This document shows positions 28,727 through 38,095 of a stretch of 64,000 nt of DNA, one piece after another; the first letter of the stretch is position 1; each line of letters starts with the position of its first letter. The stretch is from Planctomycetota bacterium (lineage in GTDB: Bacteria; Planctomycetota; UBA8108; SXIK01), in contig OZ244999.1 in the NCBI GenBank assembly GCA_965223265.1, positions 1,632,001-1,696,000 on the forward strand, read 5' to 3'. Below the pieces are notes generated by a model. That model did not search any database, was not told the DNA's origin, and saw only the letters and a list, made by a program, of their open reading frames with translations. The translations under genes and the position numbers were made by a program.

Positions 28727-28796
28727 GCCATCCACTTGGATGAAAGCTTCACCTGCCGAACGATCATCCAGATCTCGACAACCGGGGAGAAAGATT

Positions 28797-30650
28797 ATGA
28801 ATTACGCGCAATCGAGGGCTTGCCGTGCGCTGTTTTGGGGCGTCGTGACATTAGCCACGCATCTCACGTTCACCTCACACGCCACCGCCGGCCCAAGGAT
28901 GACGATCGACACACCGCTTGCGCCTCCACCTTGGGCTTTGGCGCAGCGCGCACTCCTCCGTGCGAACTACGAAGCGGCCTTGGTGGCGACGGACAAGTAC
29001 ATCGATGTACGAGGTTGGGCGCGGATCACGCCGAACTGGGGCGCCATGGATGGACCTGACGATGTCATGGAGACGTATCGCCATTGGCCCCTCCTCTATG
29101 CCTTGGGGGCGCCCACGGAGATTCTTGAGATCTACAAACGGATCTGGGAGGGTCATCTCGATCAGTTCACCGATTTTCGCGAACCACTCGTCGAAGCCGC
29201 TAAGGACGGGCTTTACTACAAGGAGTTTTGTCCGTCACTCGACTGGGAACACACCGGCGAAGGCATGGCCGCCTGGTACTGGTACGGCCTCGCACGCCCA
29301 GACGACCCGCAGTATTTGATTCGAGCGCGACGTTTCGCTGGCTTCTATATGAATGAAGACCCTGAGGCTCCGAACTACGATCCGAAGCACAAGATCATTC
29401 GCAGCCTCTTCAACGGCAGCCGCGGGCCGCTACTGACGCAGGCGACGGAAGCCGAGTGGGGCGGACCGCCGCGTCCGCGTCACGATCCTCGACCTGGCCA
29501 GCTGCCGCGCACCGAGCGTTGGACGCGGCTCGGTTACACCGTGAGTCTGAGAGGAGACCATCCACAGAACATGCTGGCGACGAATCTCGCCATGACAGCG
29601 TATCTCCTCACTGGCGAGGCGAAGTATCGCGACTGGATCCTTGAGTATATTGATGCATGGGTTGAGCGCGCACGGCGAAACCGCGGCAATCTACCCAGCA
29701 ACATCGGCCTCGACGGCAGCATAGGAGGCGAGTGGGACGGCAAGTGGTGGGGTGGAGTGTACGGCTGGAACTTTCGACCACTCAATGACGATGGCTCGGA
29801 GAACCCGGGCAACAATTATGTCCTTCGCGGCGCTCGCGTCGGCTTCGGAATCGCTTACATGCTCACCCGCGACGCGAAGTACGTCGACACGCTCCGCACG
29901 CAGATCGACAACATGTATAACGCGGCCAAGGTGATCGATGGTGAGCTACGCGTGCCGCACAAGTATGGCGATAACGGCTGGTATGCTTACATCGGCAAGG
30001 AGCAGCGACGTGGCGGCAACACGAACTTTTGGAGTCGGCCAGAGTTGACGGACGTGTACCTTTGGTCGCTCAAGTCTTCCGACTTGCCGCGCCTCGCCGA
30101 TGAGGCGTGGGTCCGGTATCTGCAAGGCCAAGACCCCGGCTTCCCGCTGCGGGCTCTTGCCGACGACCACGAGCTTGTGCGTCAGAAAGTCGAACGAGTG
30201 CGAAAAGACTCAAAGACCACGGACACGCGTCAGTCGGCCGAAATGCACGATCCGACCGCAGTCGACAGCTTGTTCAACCTAATGCTCGGAGCGAACTATC
30301 CTGGTGGTGGTGGCAACGTCGTTCATGCGCAAGTGCGCTATTTCGATCCTGAGGCGAGGCGCCCCGGACTGCCGCCGGACGTCGCTGCGCTTGTCGACAC
30401 GATTCGACCTGAAGGCATCACGTTGACGCTCGTGAACGTCGATCCAGTGCGCGACCGCGAGCTCATCGTGCAGACAGGCGCCTACGCTGAGCATCGCGCC
30501 TCAGCAGTCACTGTGGCGGGCCGCCGCGCGCGTGTCGACGACTCTCAATTCAAGGTGCGTCTGGCACCTGGTGCCGGCGCGCGCATGACGATCGAGATGG
30601 AACGCTACGTCAATCAGCCGACACTCGCTCTGCCTTGGAATCAGGAGTGA
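28797..30650 (+). CDS. Conserved secreted hypothetical protein, probably an alpha/alpha-barrel enzyme
   Basis: GGGGAG RBS, signal peptide, DGPDD, DWEHTGEG, PSNIGLDG, GKWWGGVYGW, RYFDP..RRPGLP. Confidence 0.8.
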   Translation: MNYAQSRACRALFWGVVTLATHLTFTSHATAGPRMTIDTPLAPPPWALAQRALLRANYEAALVATDKYIDVRGWARITPNWGAMDGPDDVMETYRHWPLLYALGAPTEILEIYKRIWEGHLDQFTDFREPLVEAAKDGLYYKEFCPSLDWEHTGEGMAAWYWYGLARPDDPQYLIRARRFAGFYMNEDPEAPNYDPKHKIIRSLFNGSRGPLLTQATEAEWGGPPRPRHDPRPGQLPRTERWTRLGYTVSLRGDHPQNMLATNLAMTAYLLTGEAKYRDWILEYIDAWVERARRNRGNLPSNIGLDGSIGGEWDGKWWGGVYGWNFRPLNDDGSENPGNNYVLRGARVGFGIAYMLTRDAKYVDTLRTQIDNMYNAAKVIDGELRVPHKYGDNGWYAYIGKEQRRGGNTNFWSRPELTDVYLWSLKSSDLPRLADEAWVRYLQGQDPGFPLRALADDHELVRQKVERVRKDSKTTDTRQSAEMHDPTAVDSLFNLMLGANYPGGGGNVVHAQVRYFDPEARRPGLPPDVAALVDTIRPEGITLTLVNVDPVRDRELIVQTGAYAEHRASAVTVAGRRARVDDSQFKVRLAPGAGARMTIEMERYVNQPTLALPWNQE

Positions 30651-30703
30651 ATGCCTCAGATCCCTATTCCTTTTTTGACACGATTTTGCCGGAGACGAAG
30701 GAA

Positions 30704-31432
30704 ATGACCCGATTGTTGATTCTCTTGGCGTTGCCGTCGCTGATCGTTGCCGCCGAGTCACAGCCGCAGGTGGCTCCGCCTGAGTCAGAAGAAATGCGGA
30801 AGATTTTTAACGGCAAGAATCTCGCCGGCTGGGAAGGAGACCCTCGGCTTTGGTCGGTCAAAGATGGTGCGATTCGTGGCGAGACGACACCAGAAAAGAA
30901 AGCGAACGGTAATACCTTCCTGATCTGGGCAGGCGGCGAGACGAAAGACTTCGAGTTGCGTCTTTCGTTTCGCTGTAACGCTACGAACAACTCGGGTATC
31001 CAGTATCGCTCGAAGCATATCCAGACAGGGAAGGTGCGAAACAAGTGGGTCGTGCGCGGCTATCAGCACGAAATCCGTAACCAGATCAAGCTTCCAAGCG
31101 TCGCTGGCTTCATCTACGACGAAGGCGGCAAGCGCGGGCGAACATGTCTCGTTGGGGAGAAGGCGACATGGGAGGACGATGGCAAGAAAGTCACCGCGTC
31201 CCTGATCGATCAAGCCGGTTTCGAGAAGCTCTTCAAACTGAACGACTGGAACGACGTCGTGATCATCGCCAAAGGCAATCACATCCGTCACTACCTCAAC
31301 AACCGCCTGATCCTCGATTTTACCGATAGCCCCGAGCTCGCTCTGCGCGACGGCATCCTGGCGCTACAACTGCACGCCGGCAAACCGATGTGGGTGGAGT
31401 TTAAGAACATCCGGATTCGCGACCTGAAGTAA
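30704..31432 (+). CDS. DUF1080 family protein (3-keto-disaccharide hydrolase-like)
   Basis: IFNGKNLAGWEG, DFELRL, NSGIQYRS, GYQ, WN, GILALQLH, FKNIRIR. Confidence 0.9.
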   Translation: MTRLLILLALPSLIVAAESQPQVAPPESEEMRKIFNGKNLAGWEGDPRLWSVKDGAIRGETTPEKKANGNTFLIWAGGETKDFELRLSFRCNATNNSGIQYRSKHIQTGKVRNKWVVRGYQHEIRNQIKLPSVAGFIYDEGGKRGRTCLVGEKATWEDDGKKVTASLIDQAGFEKLFKLNDWNDVVIIAKGNHIRHYLNNRLILDFTDSPELALRDGILALQLHAGKPMWVEFKNIRIRDLK

Positions 31433-31446
31433 CGGTGCGTCCGGTC

Positions 31447-31560
31447 GAGGCGGAGGCGGAGACAGAGGCGGAGGCGGAGACAGAGGCGGAGGCGGAGGCG
31501 GAGGCGGAGACAGAAAGGCCGCACTCACCCACCCACGCCCACGCAAACGCCCACGCAAAC
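31447..31560. repeat. Bipartite hexamer microsatellite: 11 x GAGGCG/GAGACA followed by CCCACG/CAAACG units
   Basis: Read directly from the sequence; lies between convergent genes. Confidence 0.85.
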
Positions 31561-31652
31561 CGTCGGCGACAACCGTTACCGAGTTACTCTCAAAAGAAAT
31601 GACGGCAAGAAATGGCTGGGGCGCGCCACTTTAGCAAAATCAGATCAGACGG

Positions 31653-33368
31653 TCAGTAGAGGCAGATGGCCCGCCCCGGCGCGCCATGCGCGCCCCGGAT
31701 TTTGGGCGCCGCGAATAGAAAGTAAGCGTTCTCGGGGATCTCATCGGCATGGATGAGGAACTCGACGCCGACCATGCCTTTGCTGCCGAGCGCCCAGTAG
31801 GTCCAGAGAGCTGCCTTCGGATCGACGCCGCCGAGCGTTGGTCCGTCGGTCGCGATGCAGCGGATGCCTTTGGCGGCGAGATAGTGAACTGCCGCGGCAC
31901 TGACCGCGGGCCAACCCTCGCTCACACCATTGAGCGGATCGGCCATGCATGCCGTGCCATCAGGAAAGGGCTTGAACGTGCGGTCGCTGTGGGCACTGAC
32001 GAAGATGACAATGTCGCCCGGTTTGAGCGTGCCTCCGCGCTCTTCGGCGTGGCGGATGTGCTCCGGCGTGATCTTCGGTGAGGCGGGCCACATTTCCTTT
32101 GACGTCGTACCGACGAGCTCACGTACGTCGATCACGCGAGCCGGGCCGCATGTCTGATCGAGAGGAACTCGTTCGACTGTCACGTCGCTCGTACCACGTT
32201 TCCCATATTTGGCTTCGTATTCCGTGAGCCACTTCTTGACGTCGTCGCTGTAAGCGACATCTTCGTCGGCCCTCGGTAGAGCGTAAGCTGGCGGCACGAG
32301 ATGCGTTCCAGTGTGAGCGTCGAGGAGGTGTGTGTTGTGGTAGTAGTCGATTCCCGGAGAGTATTCGAAGTCGATGCGAAAGTACGGCTGACGATGTTTC
32401 CCGACACCGCGACCCGGCCACCACACTGGGAGCTTGCCGTCGAGCTCGACGGAGAGGTCCAGAGCACGTTTGGCGCGCGCCGACTCGATGAGGCGGGCGG
32501 CGAGCGGACCAACGACGGCGAATGCACGTCCTTCGCCGTAGGCACCGCCCACGTGCTTCGGTCCCATCATGCAGTAGAACGCCCCGGTGTCCGGGAGCTG
32601 GTCGAGGTTCGTTGCACCTTCCGTGAAGATGCCGCCATGCTTCAACCCTTCGACGTGCGTTTCGTTGGCAAGCTCAGGGATGGGGCCCATGCTTGGGCTG
32701 TCCGTGCCCATGTGCATGACGTTCTTCTTCGAGATATAGTCGAGGCAGCTGGGATGCGGGTTGGGGTAGCCAGGAACTTTCTTTTCCAAGCAGTCGGCGA
32801 CGAACTTCCGTCCTTCCGGTAGCGGTTTGTAGAAAATATCTGTGTAGCGGCTGCGAAACAGAGCAACGTCGCCGAAGCGTAGCGGACGATGCGAGCGCTC
32901 CCAAGCCTCGACGTGCCCTTTGAGGACGAACGGACTTTGTCCCGGCGGCGCTTTACCGAGAAGATCTTGAATGTCGATCACGCACGCCTCGCCGCAAAAC
33001 TGCCACGCCGGAATGCTCTCGGTGAAGAGTTCACCGGCCGCTCCCTCGTATTCGAGGCCGGAGCCAGGTTTTGGAATCGAATGGGGGGGCGTGTCCATCT
33101 GCGTCCCTGTATTTCCATCGAGGCTGAGGATGTCGACGTTGTACGGACTCAGCCTGCCGATCGTGCGATGGTGGTTGAGCTGGAACGGAGGCCAGCCACC
33201 GGGCCACGTGCAGGGATACTCGGTCGCGATGAGGAGCGACAGATCGACGAAGCGCGACCCTTCTGCGTGCGCGCGGCTGGTTTCCCAGAGCACCAGCGCC
33301 GCCCAAAGCATGACAGGTGCGGTCAGGGACACGATCGCGCCGCGCCGCGCCGAAGTTGCAAGAATCAT
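31653..33368 (-). CDS. Cyclase family (kynurenine formamidase-like) protein with a tandem duplicated domain
   Basis: Two copies of DLS...; DGNTGTQMDTPPH and DAHTGTHLVPP; GEACVIDI/GPARVIDV; GTDSPS/ATDGPT; signal peptide. Confidence 0.85.
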   Translation of the reverse strand: MILATSARRGAIVSLTAPVMLWAALVLWETSRAHAEGSRFVDLSLLIATEYPCTWPGGWPPFQLNHHRTIGRLSPYNVDILSLDGNTGTQMDTPPHSIPKPGSGLEYEGAAGELFTESIPAWQFCGEACVIDIQDLLGKAPPGQSPFVLKGHVEAWERSHRPLRFGDVALFRSRYTDIFYKPLPEGRKFVADCLEKKVPGYPNPHPSCLDYISKKNVMHMGTDSPSMGPIPELANETHVEGLKHGGIFTEGATNLDQLPDTGAFYCMMGPKHVGGAYGEGRAFAVVGPLAARLIESARAKRALDLSVELDGKLPVWWPGRGVGKHRQPYFRIDFEYSPGIDYYHNTHLLDAHTGTHLVPPAYALPRADEDVAYSDDVKKWLTEYEAKYGKRGTSDVTVERVPLDQTCGPARVIDVRELVGTTSKEMWPASPKITPEHIRHAEERGGTLKPGDIVIFVSAHSDRTFKPFPDGTACMADPLNGVSEGWPAVSAAAVHYLAAKGIRCIATDGPTLGGVDPKAALWTYWALGSKGMVGVEFLIHADEIPENAYFLFAAPKIRGAHGAPGRAICLY

Positions 33369-33448
33369 CTCAATGAACCTCCAGATATGCCGGGTACTTT
33401 AACGTTTTTCACGATCGTTCGGCCACCATGGAGGCCTAAAATGGGGCG

Positions 33449-35908
33449 ATGCGTTTCTCGTGCATGTTTGTCCTGATCGTTCTCTCGGCACCGAGTCTTC
33501 TGAGCGACGTGCCGCCGCCGTTTGTTGCCGGCTTCGAGCGGTTCGCGCGACACGGAATTATCGGCGCGCGCGACGGCGGTCGGTTGTTGCTTTCGGAGCT
33601 GAGCTGCACCTCCTGCCATGAGAGTGGTGCGAGCGACTTAGATCCGAAGCTCGGGCCGCGCCTTGACGGTGTTGGCAATCGAGTCCGCGCCGAGTGGCTG
33701 CGTCGATTCCTCGCTGCGCCTCACGACATCAAACCGGGGACGACGATGCCCGACGTGCTGGGCTCGTTTGCCGCCGCCCGCAGGGAGCACGCGATCGAGG
33801 CTCTGGTCGCGTTTCTCTCGACACTCCGGACCCCTTTTCCGGTGGTCAAAGCCGGCGGCAACAATCCAGTGCCGCATGAGTTTTGGCGGCACGGCGACCC
33901 AAAGCGTGGCCGCAGCCTCTATCACCAAGTCGGCTGCGTCGCCTGCCACGAACCGGATGCAAGTTTCTCTGCCGGCACGACGGCGTCGGAGCTTGACCGA
34001 CTTCTCGAACAGCTCTCCCCCGCCGAGCTCGAGAGCATGGGGATTCGCACTAGGGCGCGTGCCGTCGTCTCGGTTCCACATGGCGACATCGCATCGAAGT
34101 ACTCTGCCAGGTCGCTGACGTTCTTTTTGATGGATCCGTCCGCGACGCGTCCCGGTGGACGCATGCCGAGTTTTCGTCTGGCTGCCGTCGACGCGGCGGA
34201 TATCGCGTCCTACCTCTTGACGGGCGAGACAGAACAGGCGGCGTCGACGCGCTCCACTCTCTCGTCGCGGCACCGTGACCTCATCCGGGAGGGGCGGCGA
34301 CTCTTTGCGGAGCTCCGCTGCGTGAGCTGTCACTCGGCGGGCGACGTATCCGCCACGCGAAGCTCCAAGCCGCTCGGCGAGCTGAATGTCGCTTCATCGA
34401 ATTCTTGTTTCGCGCCTGCGGGCACGCAGAACGAGGGGCAGCCGCACTTCCCTCTCGACGACCTGCAGTCGCGTGCCGTCCGTGCGACGCTGGGGGAGCT
34501 GAACGGGTCGCAGGCGGAGGAGCGGTCGCAGACAGTGAGCGCGGATCTTGACTTTCGTCTGCTACAGCTTAACTGCTACGCCTGTCACGAGCGGGACTCC
34601 CGCGGCGGGGTTGGTCGGAAGCGCCGACAGTACTTCTCCACTGCGGGTGAAGTCGACATCGGCGACGAAGGCCGCTTGCCTCCAACGCTGACCGGGGTCG
34701 GAGACAAGCTGCAGGCGGCGGAGCTGGCCCGTGTCCTCGCCGGCAGTGGGCACGTACGGCCCTACGTGATCGCGCGGATGCCGACCTACCCTAAGGATCG
34801 GATTGAGTCGTTGCCGGATCTTTTTGTTCGCAGCGATCGCCTATCGCGTGTGGAGGCTTCAATGCCGCCTATGCTGCCTCGCGACGCAGTGTCTCGAGGT
34901 TCCTTCGAGGATGCCGGTCGCGCACTCCTTGACGTCGGCTGTGTGCAGTGCCATCCGGTGCGTGGCGAGAGTCTGCCAGGCATCGTCGGCGTCGATCTCG
35001 CCACGGCGACGACGCGTCTTCAGCCGCACTGGTTTCGACAGTTTCTTCTCGACCCGGCGGCGCTGAAACCTGCGACGCGCATGCCGAGTTTTTTTCCCGA
35101 CGGCAAGAGTACTCGTGCAGACATTCTCGGCGGCGACCGTGAGCAGCAGATCGCTGCGATGTGGGCTTATCTGAGCGCGGTCAGCCACCAAACCCTGCCC
35201 GCGCAGATCATTGCGGCGCGGGTGCAAAGTTTTGAGCTGCTTCCAGCGGAGCGGCCGATCGTTCTGCGTACTTTTCTACGCGGAGTGAGCACACATGCAA
35301 TCGCTGTCGGCTTCCCACAAAGGGTTCACTACGCGTTCGATGCTGAGGCGGTGCGGCCGGCGCGCGCGTGGCGCGGTCGATTCCTCGACGCCTACGGGAC
35401 ATGGTTCACGAGGGCGGCGCCGCCGGCGCAGCCGCTTGGCGAGAACGTCGTCGATCTGCCCTCTGGGATGCCACTTGCAATCCTGCGGAACGAGGAGGAC
35501 CGCTGGCCGAGACACGCTGCTGACGCCCGCGAGGCGGAGTACCGTTTTTTGGGGTATCGGCTCGATCGCACGGGGGTGCCGACCTTCTTGTATCGCTATC
35601 GCGGTTTCGGTGTCGCCGACCGCTTCGAGGCGCTCGAGGAGGATGGCTTACTCCGCCGCATACGCGTCGAGAGAAATGCGACATCACAACCACAGAATGG
35701 CAATGCGCTTTGGTTTCGACTGCACGCCGGCAAAAATCTTCGGAGTGATCGGCCCAGCTCCTATACGCGAGATGATGGGCTCAGCGTTACAGTCCATGAG
35801 GCCACTGCGCGGCTTGGCATCGTTCGCACGATCGAGGGCGACGCCGACTGGATCTTGCCGCTGAGCTTCGATCGAGAAGCGGTCATCGAACTGACTTACA
35901 CATGGTAG
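33449..35908 (+). CDS. Multiheme c-type cytochrome (5 CxxCH)
   Basis: CTSCH, CVACH, CVSCH, CYACH, CVQCH; MP motifs as candidate axial Met ligands; signal peptide. Confidence 0.88.
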   Translation: MRFSCMFVLIVLSAPSLLSDVPPPFVAGFERFARHGIIGARDGGRLLLSELSCTSCHESGASDLDPKLGPRLDGVGNRVRAEWLRRFLAAPHDIKPGTTMPDVLGSFAAARREHAIEALVAFLSTLRTPFPVVKAGGNNPVPHEFWRHGDPKRGRSLYHQVGCVACHEPDASFSAGTTASELDRLLEQLSPAELESMGIRTRARAVVSVPHGDIASKYSARSLTFFLMDPSATRPGGRMPSFRLAAVDAADIASYLLTGETEQAASTRSTLSSRHRDLIREGRRLFAELRCVSCHSAGDVSATRSSKPLGELNVASSNSCFAPAGTQNEGQPHFPLDDLQSRAVRATLGELNGSQAEERSQTVSADLDFRLLQLNCYACHERDSRGGVGRKRRQYFSTAGEVDIGDEGRLPPTLTGVGDKLQAAELARVLAGSGHVRPYVIARMPTYPKDRIESLPDLFVRSDRLSRVEASMPPMLPRDAVSRGSFEDAGRALLDVGCVQCHPVRGESLPGIVGVDLATATTRLQPHWFRQFLLDPAALKPATRMPSFFPDGKSTRADILGGDREQQIAAMWAYLSAVSHQTLPAQIIAARVQSFELLPAERPIVLRTFLRGVSTHAIAVGFPQRVHYAFDAEAVRPARAWRGRFLDAYGTWFTRAAPPAQPLGENVVDLPSGMPLAILRNEEDRWPRHAADAREAEYRFLGYRLDRTGVPTFLYRYRGFGVADRFEALEEDGLLRRIRVERNATSQPQNGNALWFRLHAGKNLRSDRPSSYTRDDGLSVTVHEATARLGIVRTIEGDADWILPLSFDREAVIELTYTW

Positions 35909-37551
35909 ACCTGCAGCAGAAGCAAAGCGTCCAGGCCTATCGCGCCACGGCACGACAACGGTCGCTCGCGACAGGCTTTGGCATCACAGACCTTAGCCTG
36001 CGACGGAGAACGAATCTTCTTTTGCTTGCGATACTGCTCGCGCTTTCCGGAGCGATCCGCGCCGAGGAGAGTGACTACTATCGTATCGTGTCCATCCTCA
36101 CACCCAAGGCGAGGGCGGAATCACGCTCGAAGAATTGGCGTCCCGCGCCCGAGGGTCTTGTGCTAGAGGTGAGCGGTATCGCGATTCTTGACGCGCGGCG
36201 CATTGCGGTTGCCATCCGCAAAGGCGAGGTTTGGATTCTCGACGGGGTGTACGAGGATCCGCCGGCCAACGTGCGCTATCGCCGCTTTGCATCCGCGCTG
36301 CACGAACCTCTCGGGCTCATCTGGCATGGTGACTCGTTCTACACCGTGCAGCGAAGCGAACTGACGCGCCTTCGCGACGTCGACGTCGACGGCGTTGCGG
36401 ATGAGTATCTGACGATCGCGAAAGGCTGGGGAGTGACAGGGCATTATCATGAGTACGCGTACGGACCCGAGCTCGATCGCGACGGCAATTTCTGGCTCAC
36501 GTTAAACATTGGACTGAGGCTGAAAAAGGACGACCTTCGCGGCGGGGTGCATGAGCCCACGCTCGGCTACACCCAGGGGCGATGGCGCGGCTGGGGCATG
36601 AAGGTCACGCCCGCTGGCGAGCTCATTCCTGTGTGCGCGGGTATGCGTTCACCGAGTGGCCTCGGCATCAATCGTGAGGGGGACGTTTTCTACACCGACC
36701 AGCAAGGGAGTTGGGTGGCGACGAATTCCCTTCACCACATGCGTGAAGGAGCCTTCTTCCATCACGCCGAGGCGCTTGCGTCCATGAATCTGCCCGGCTC
36801 CCCGATTGGCGGGATTGAGACGATCCCTGATGGCCTGCCGATTCCTGATGCCGTCGAGAAGATGCCGCACATGAAGCCGCCGGCAGTGTGGTTCCCGTAC
36901 CGCAAGGCTGGGCAATCGACGACCGACATCCTACTCGACGCGAGCGATGGAGCGTTCGGGCCGTTTGATGGCCAGTTCTTCGTCGGCGAGTTCACGTTGG
37001 CATCGATCCACCGCGTCTTCCTAGAGAAGATTGACGGCGAGTATCAGGGCGCGTGCTTCCCGTTTCGGCGAGGGTTCGCCTCGGCGGTGCTGCGTCTAGC
37101 ACAAGGGCCCGGCGGCAGCGTATTCGTGGGCCTGACGAATCGCGGTTGGAGCAGTCTCGGTGCGGCGTCCTACGGTCTTCAGCGTCTGCTTTGGACCGGA
37201 AAGACACCGTTTGAAATCTTGGAGATGCGTGCACGCCCCGATGGTTTTGAGCTGGCGTTCACCAAGCCGGTCGATCGCGATGCCGCGAAAAAACCAGAGT
37301 CCTACGCACTCAGCAGTTACACCTACAACTACCACTCGACGTACGGCAGTGAAGAGATCCTGAAGAAACGGCTCGACGTTCAGTCGGTGGCCGTCTCCCC
37401 GGATGGTCTGCGCGCATATCTCCGAGTCGCGGGACTGCGGCGATTGTTTGTGCACGAGCTCGAGGCTTTCGGTGTCCGCAGCGCCGGCGGAGAGCCGCTT
37501 TTGCATCCGCAGGCGTACTATACGCTGAATCGGATTCCGGTGGCGCGGTAG
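35902..37551 (+). CDS. Secreted beta-propeller protein (DUF7133 / glucose-sorbosone dehydrogenase-like), partner of the cytochrome
   Basis: LHEPLGL, YHEYAYGP, GMRSPSG, YTDQQG.W, PAVWFP, FGPF.GQ, YQGACFPF; overlaps the cytochrome stop; exact start uncertain. Confidence 0.8.
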   Translation: MVDLQQKQSVQAYRATARQRSLATGFGITDLSLRRRTNLLLLAILLALSGAIRAEESDYYRIVSILTPKARAESRSKNWRPAPEGLVLEVSGIAILDARRIAVAIRKGEVWILDGVYEDPPANVRYRRFASALHEPLGLIWHGDSFYTVQRSELTRLRDVDVDGVADEYLTIAKGWGVTGHYHEYAYGPELDRDGNFWLTLNIGLRLKKDDLRGGVHEPTLGYTQGRWRGWGMKVTPAGELIPVCAGMRSPSGLGINREGDVFYTDQQGSWVATNSLHHMREGAFFHHAEALASMNLPGSPIGGIETIPDGLPIPDAVEKMPHMKPPAVWFPYRKAGQSTTDILLDASDGAFGPFDGQFFVGEFTLASIHRVFLEKIDGEYQGACFPFRRGFASAVLRLAQGPGGSVFVGLTNRGWSSLGAASYGLQRLLWTGKTPFEILEMRARPDGFELAFTKPVDRDAAKKPESYALSSYTYNYHSTYGSEEILKKRLDVQSVAVSPDGLRAYLRVAGLRRLFVHELEAFGVRSAGGEPLLHPQAYYTLNRIPVAR

Positions 37552-37596
37552 GCGCCGCCGGGAGACGTGTTCGTGGCAGCCCTTGGATTCGTGTCG

Positions 37597-37792
37597 GTGA
37601 GCGTGAGCGAGCGAGTGGGTCTTCCAAAGTAGCAGGCACACTCCGTGTGCCGTCCGGTCCTGTGACGTGAGCGTGAGCGAGCGAGCGAGTGGGTCTTCCA
37701 AAGTAGCAGGCACACTCCGTGTGCCGTCCGGTCCTGTGACGTGAGCGTGAGCGAGCGAGCGAGTGGGTCTTCCAAAGTAGCAGGCACACTCC
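37597..37792 (+). repeat. Tandem array of 3 GTAG-REP units, 74-bp period
   Basis: GTAGCAGGCACACTCC(GTGTGCCGTCCGGTCC) at 37629, 37703 and 37777; the third copy is interrupted. Confidence 0.85.
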
Positions 37793-37976
37793 GAGGCTAT
37801 GAAGTTTCTCGAGCGTGCCAGCGTAACTCCCGGTCACGCTTCGCGCTCACCTCCGGAACGGCACACGGCGTGTGCCTGCTACTATAGACACGGACCTCCG
37901 CGAAGACGATTTTCAAAGTAGCAGGCACACTCCTGTGAGCGAGTTACGACGGCACGTCTAAATAATTCACAGCCTT
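37793..37976. mobile_element. 184-bp palindromic MITE/REPIN-like element inserted in a REP loop (homolog of 27220-27398)
   Basis: AGGCTATGAA...TTCACAGCCT ends; subterminal CGTGCCAGCGTAACTC/GAGTTACGACGGCACG; internal inverted REP copies; TCC on both flanks; REP resumes as GTGGGCCGTCCGG at 37980. Confidence 0.72.
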
Positions 37977-38095
37977 TCCGTGGGCCGTCCGGCCCTGACC
38001 GTGGGCGCGCTCGTAATCGGAGTCCGTCTCATCCCATCTCCGTATCTGTCTCCGCCTCCCCTTCCTTCTCCGAGCCACCGCCCCGACCCCAACTC

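Noticed and set aside
27341-28796. N-terminal extensions of ORFs 27341..28726 and 28281..30650
   Set aside because: They run through repeat DNA or overlap the upstream gene; clear RBS+ATG starts exist at 27665 and 28797
37096-37837. Repeat-containing minus-strand ORFs over the 74-bp array
   Set aside because: Translations of the REP tandem, partly antisense to a real gene
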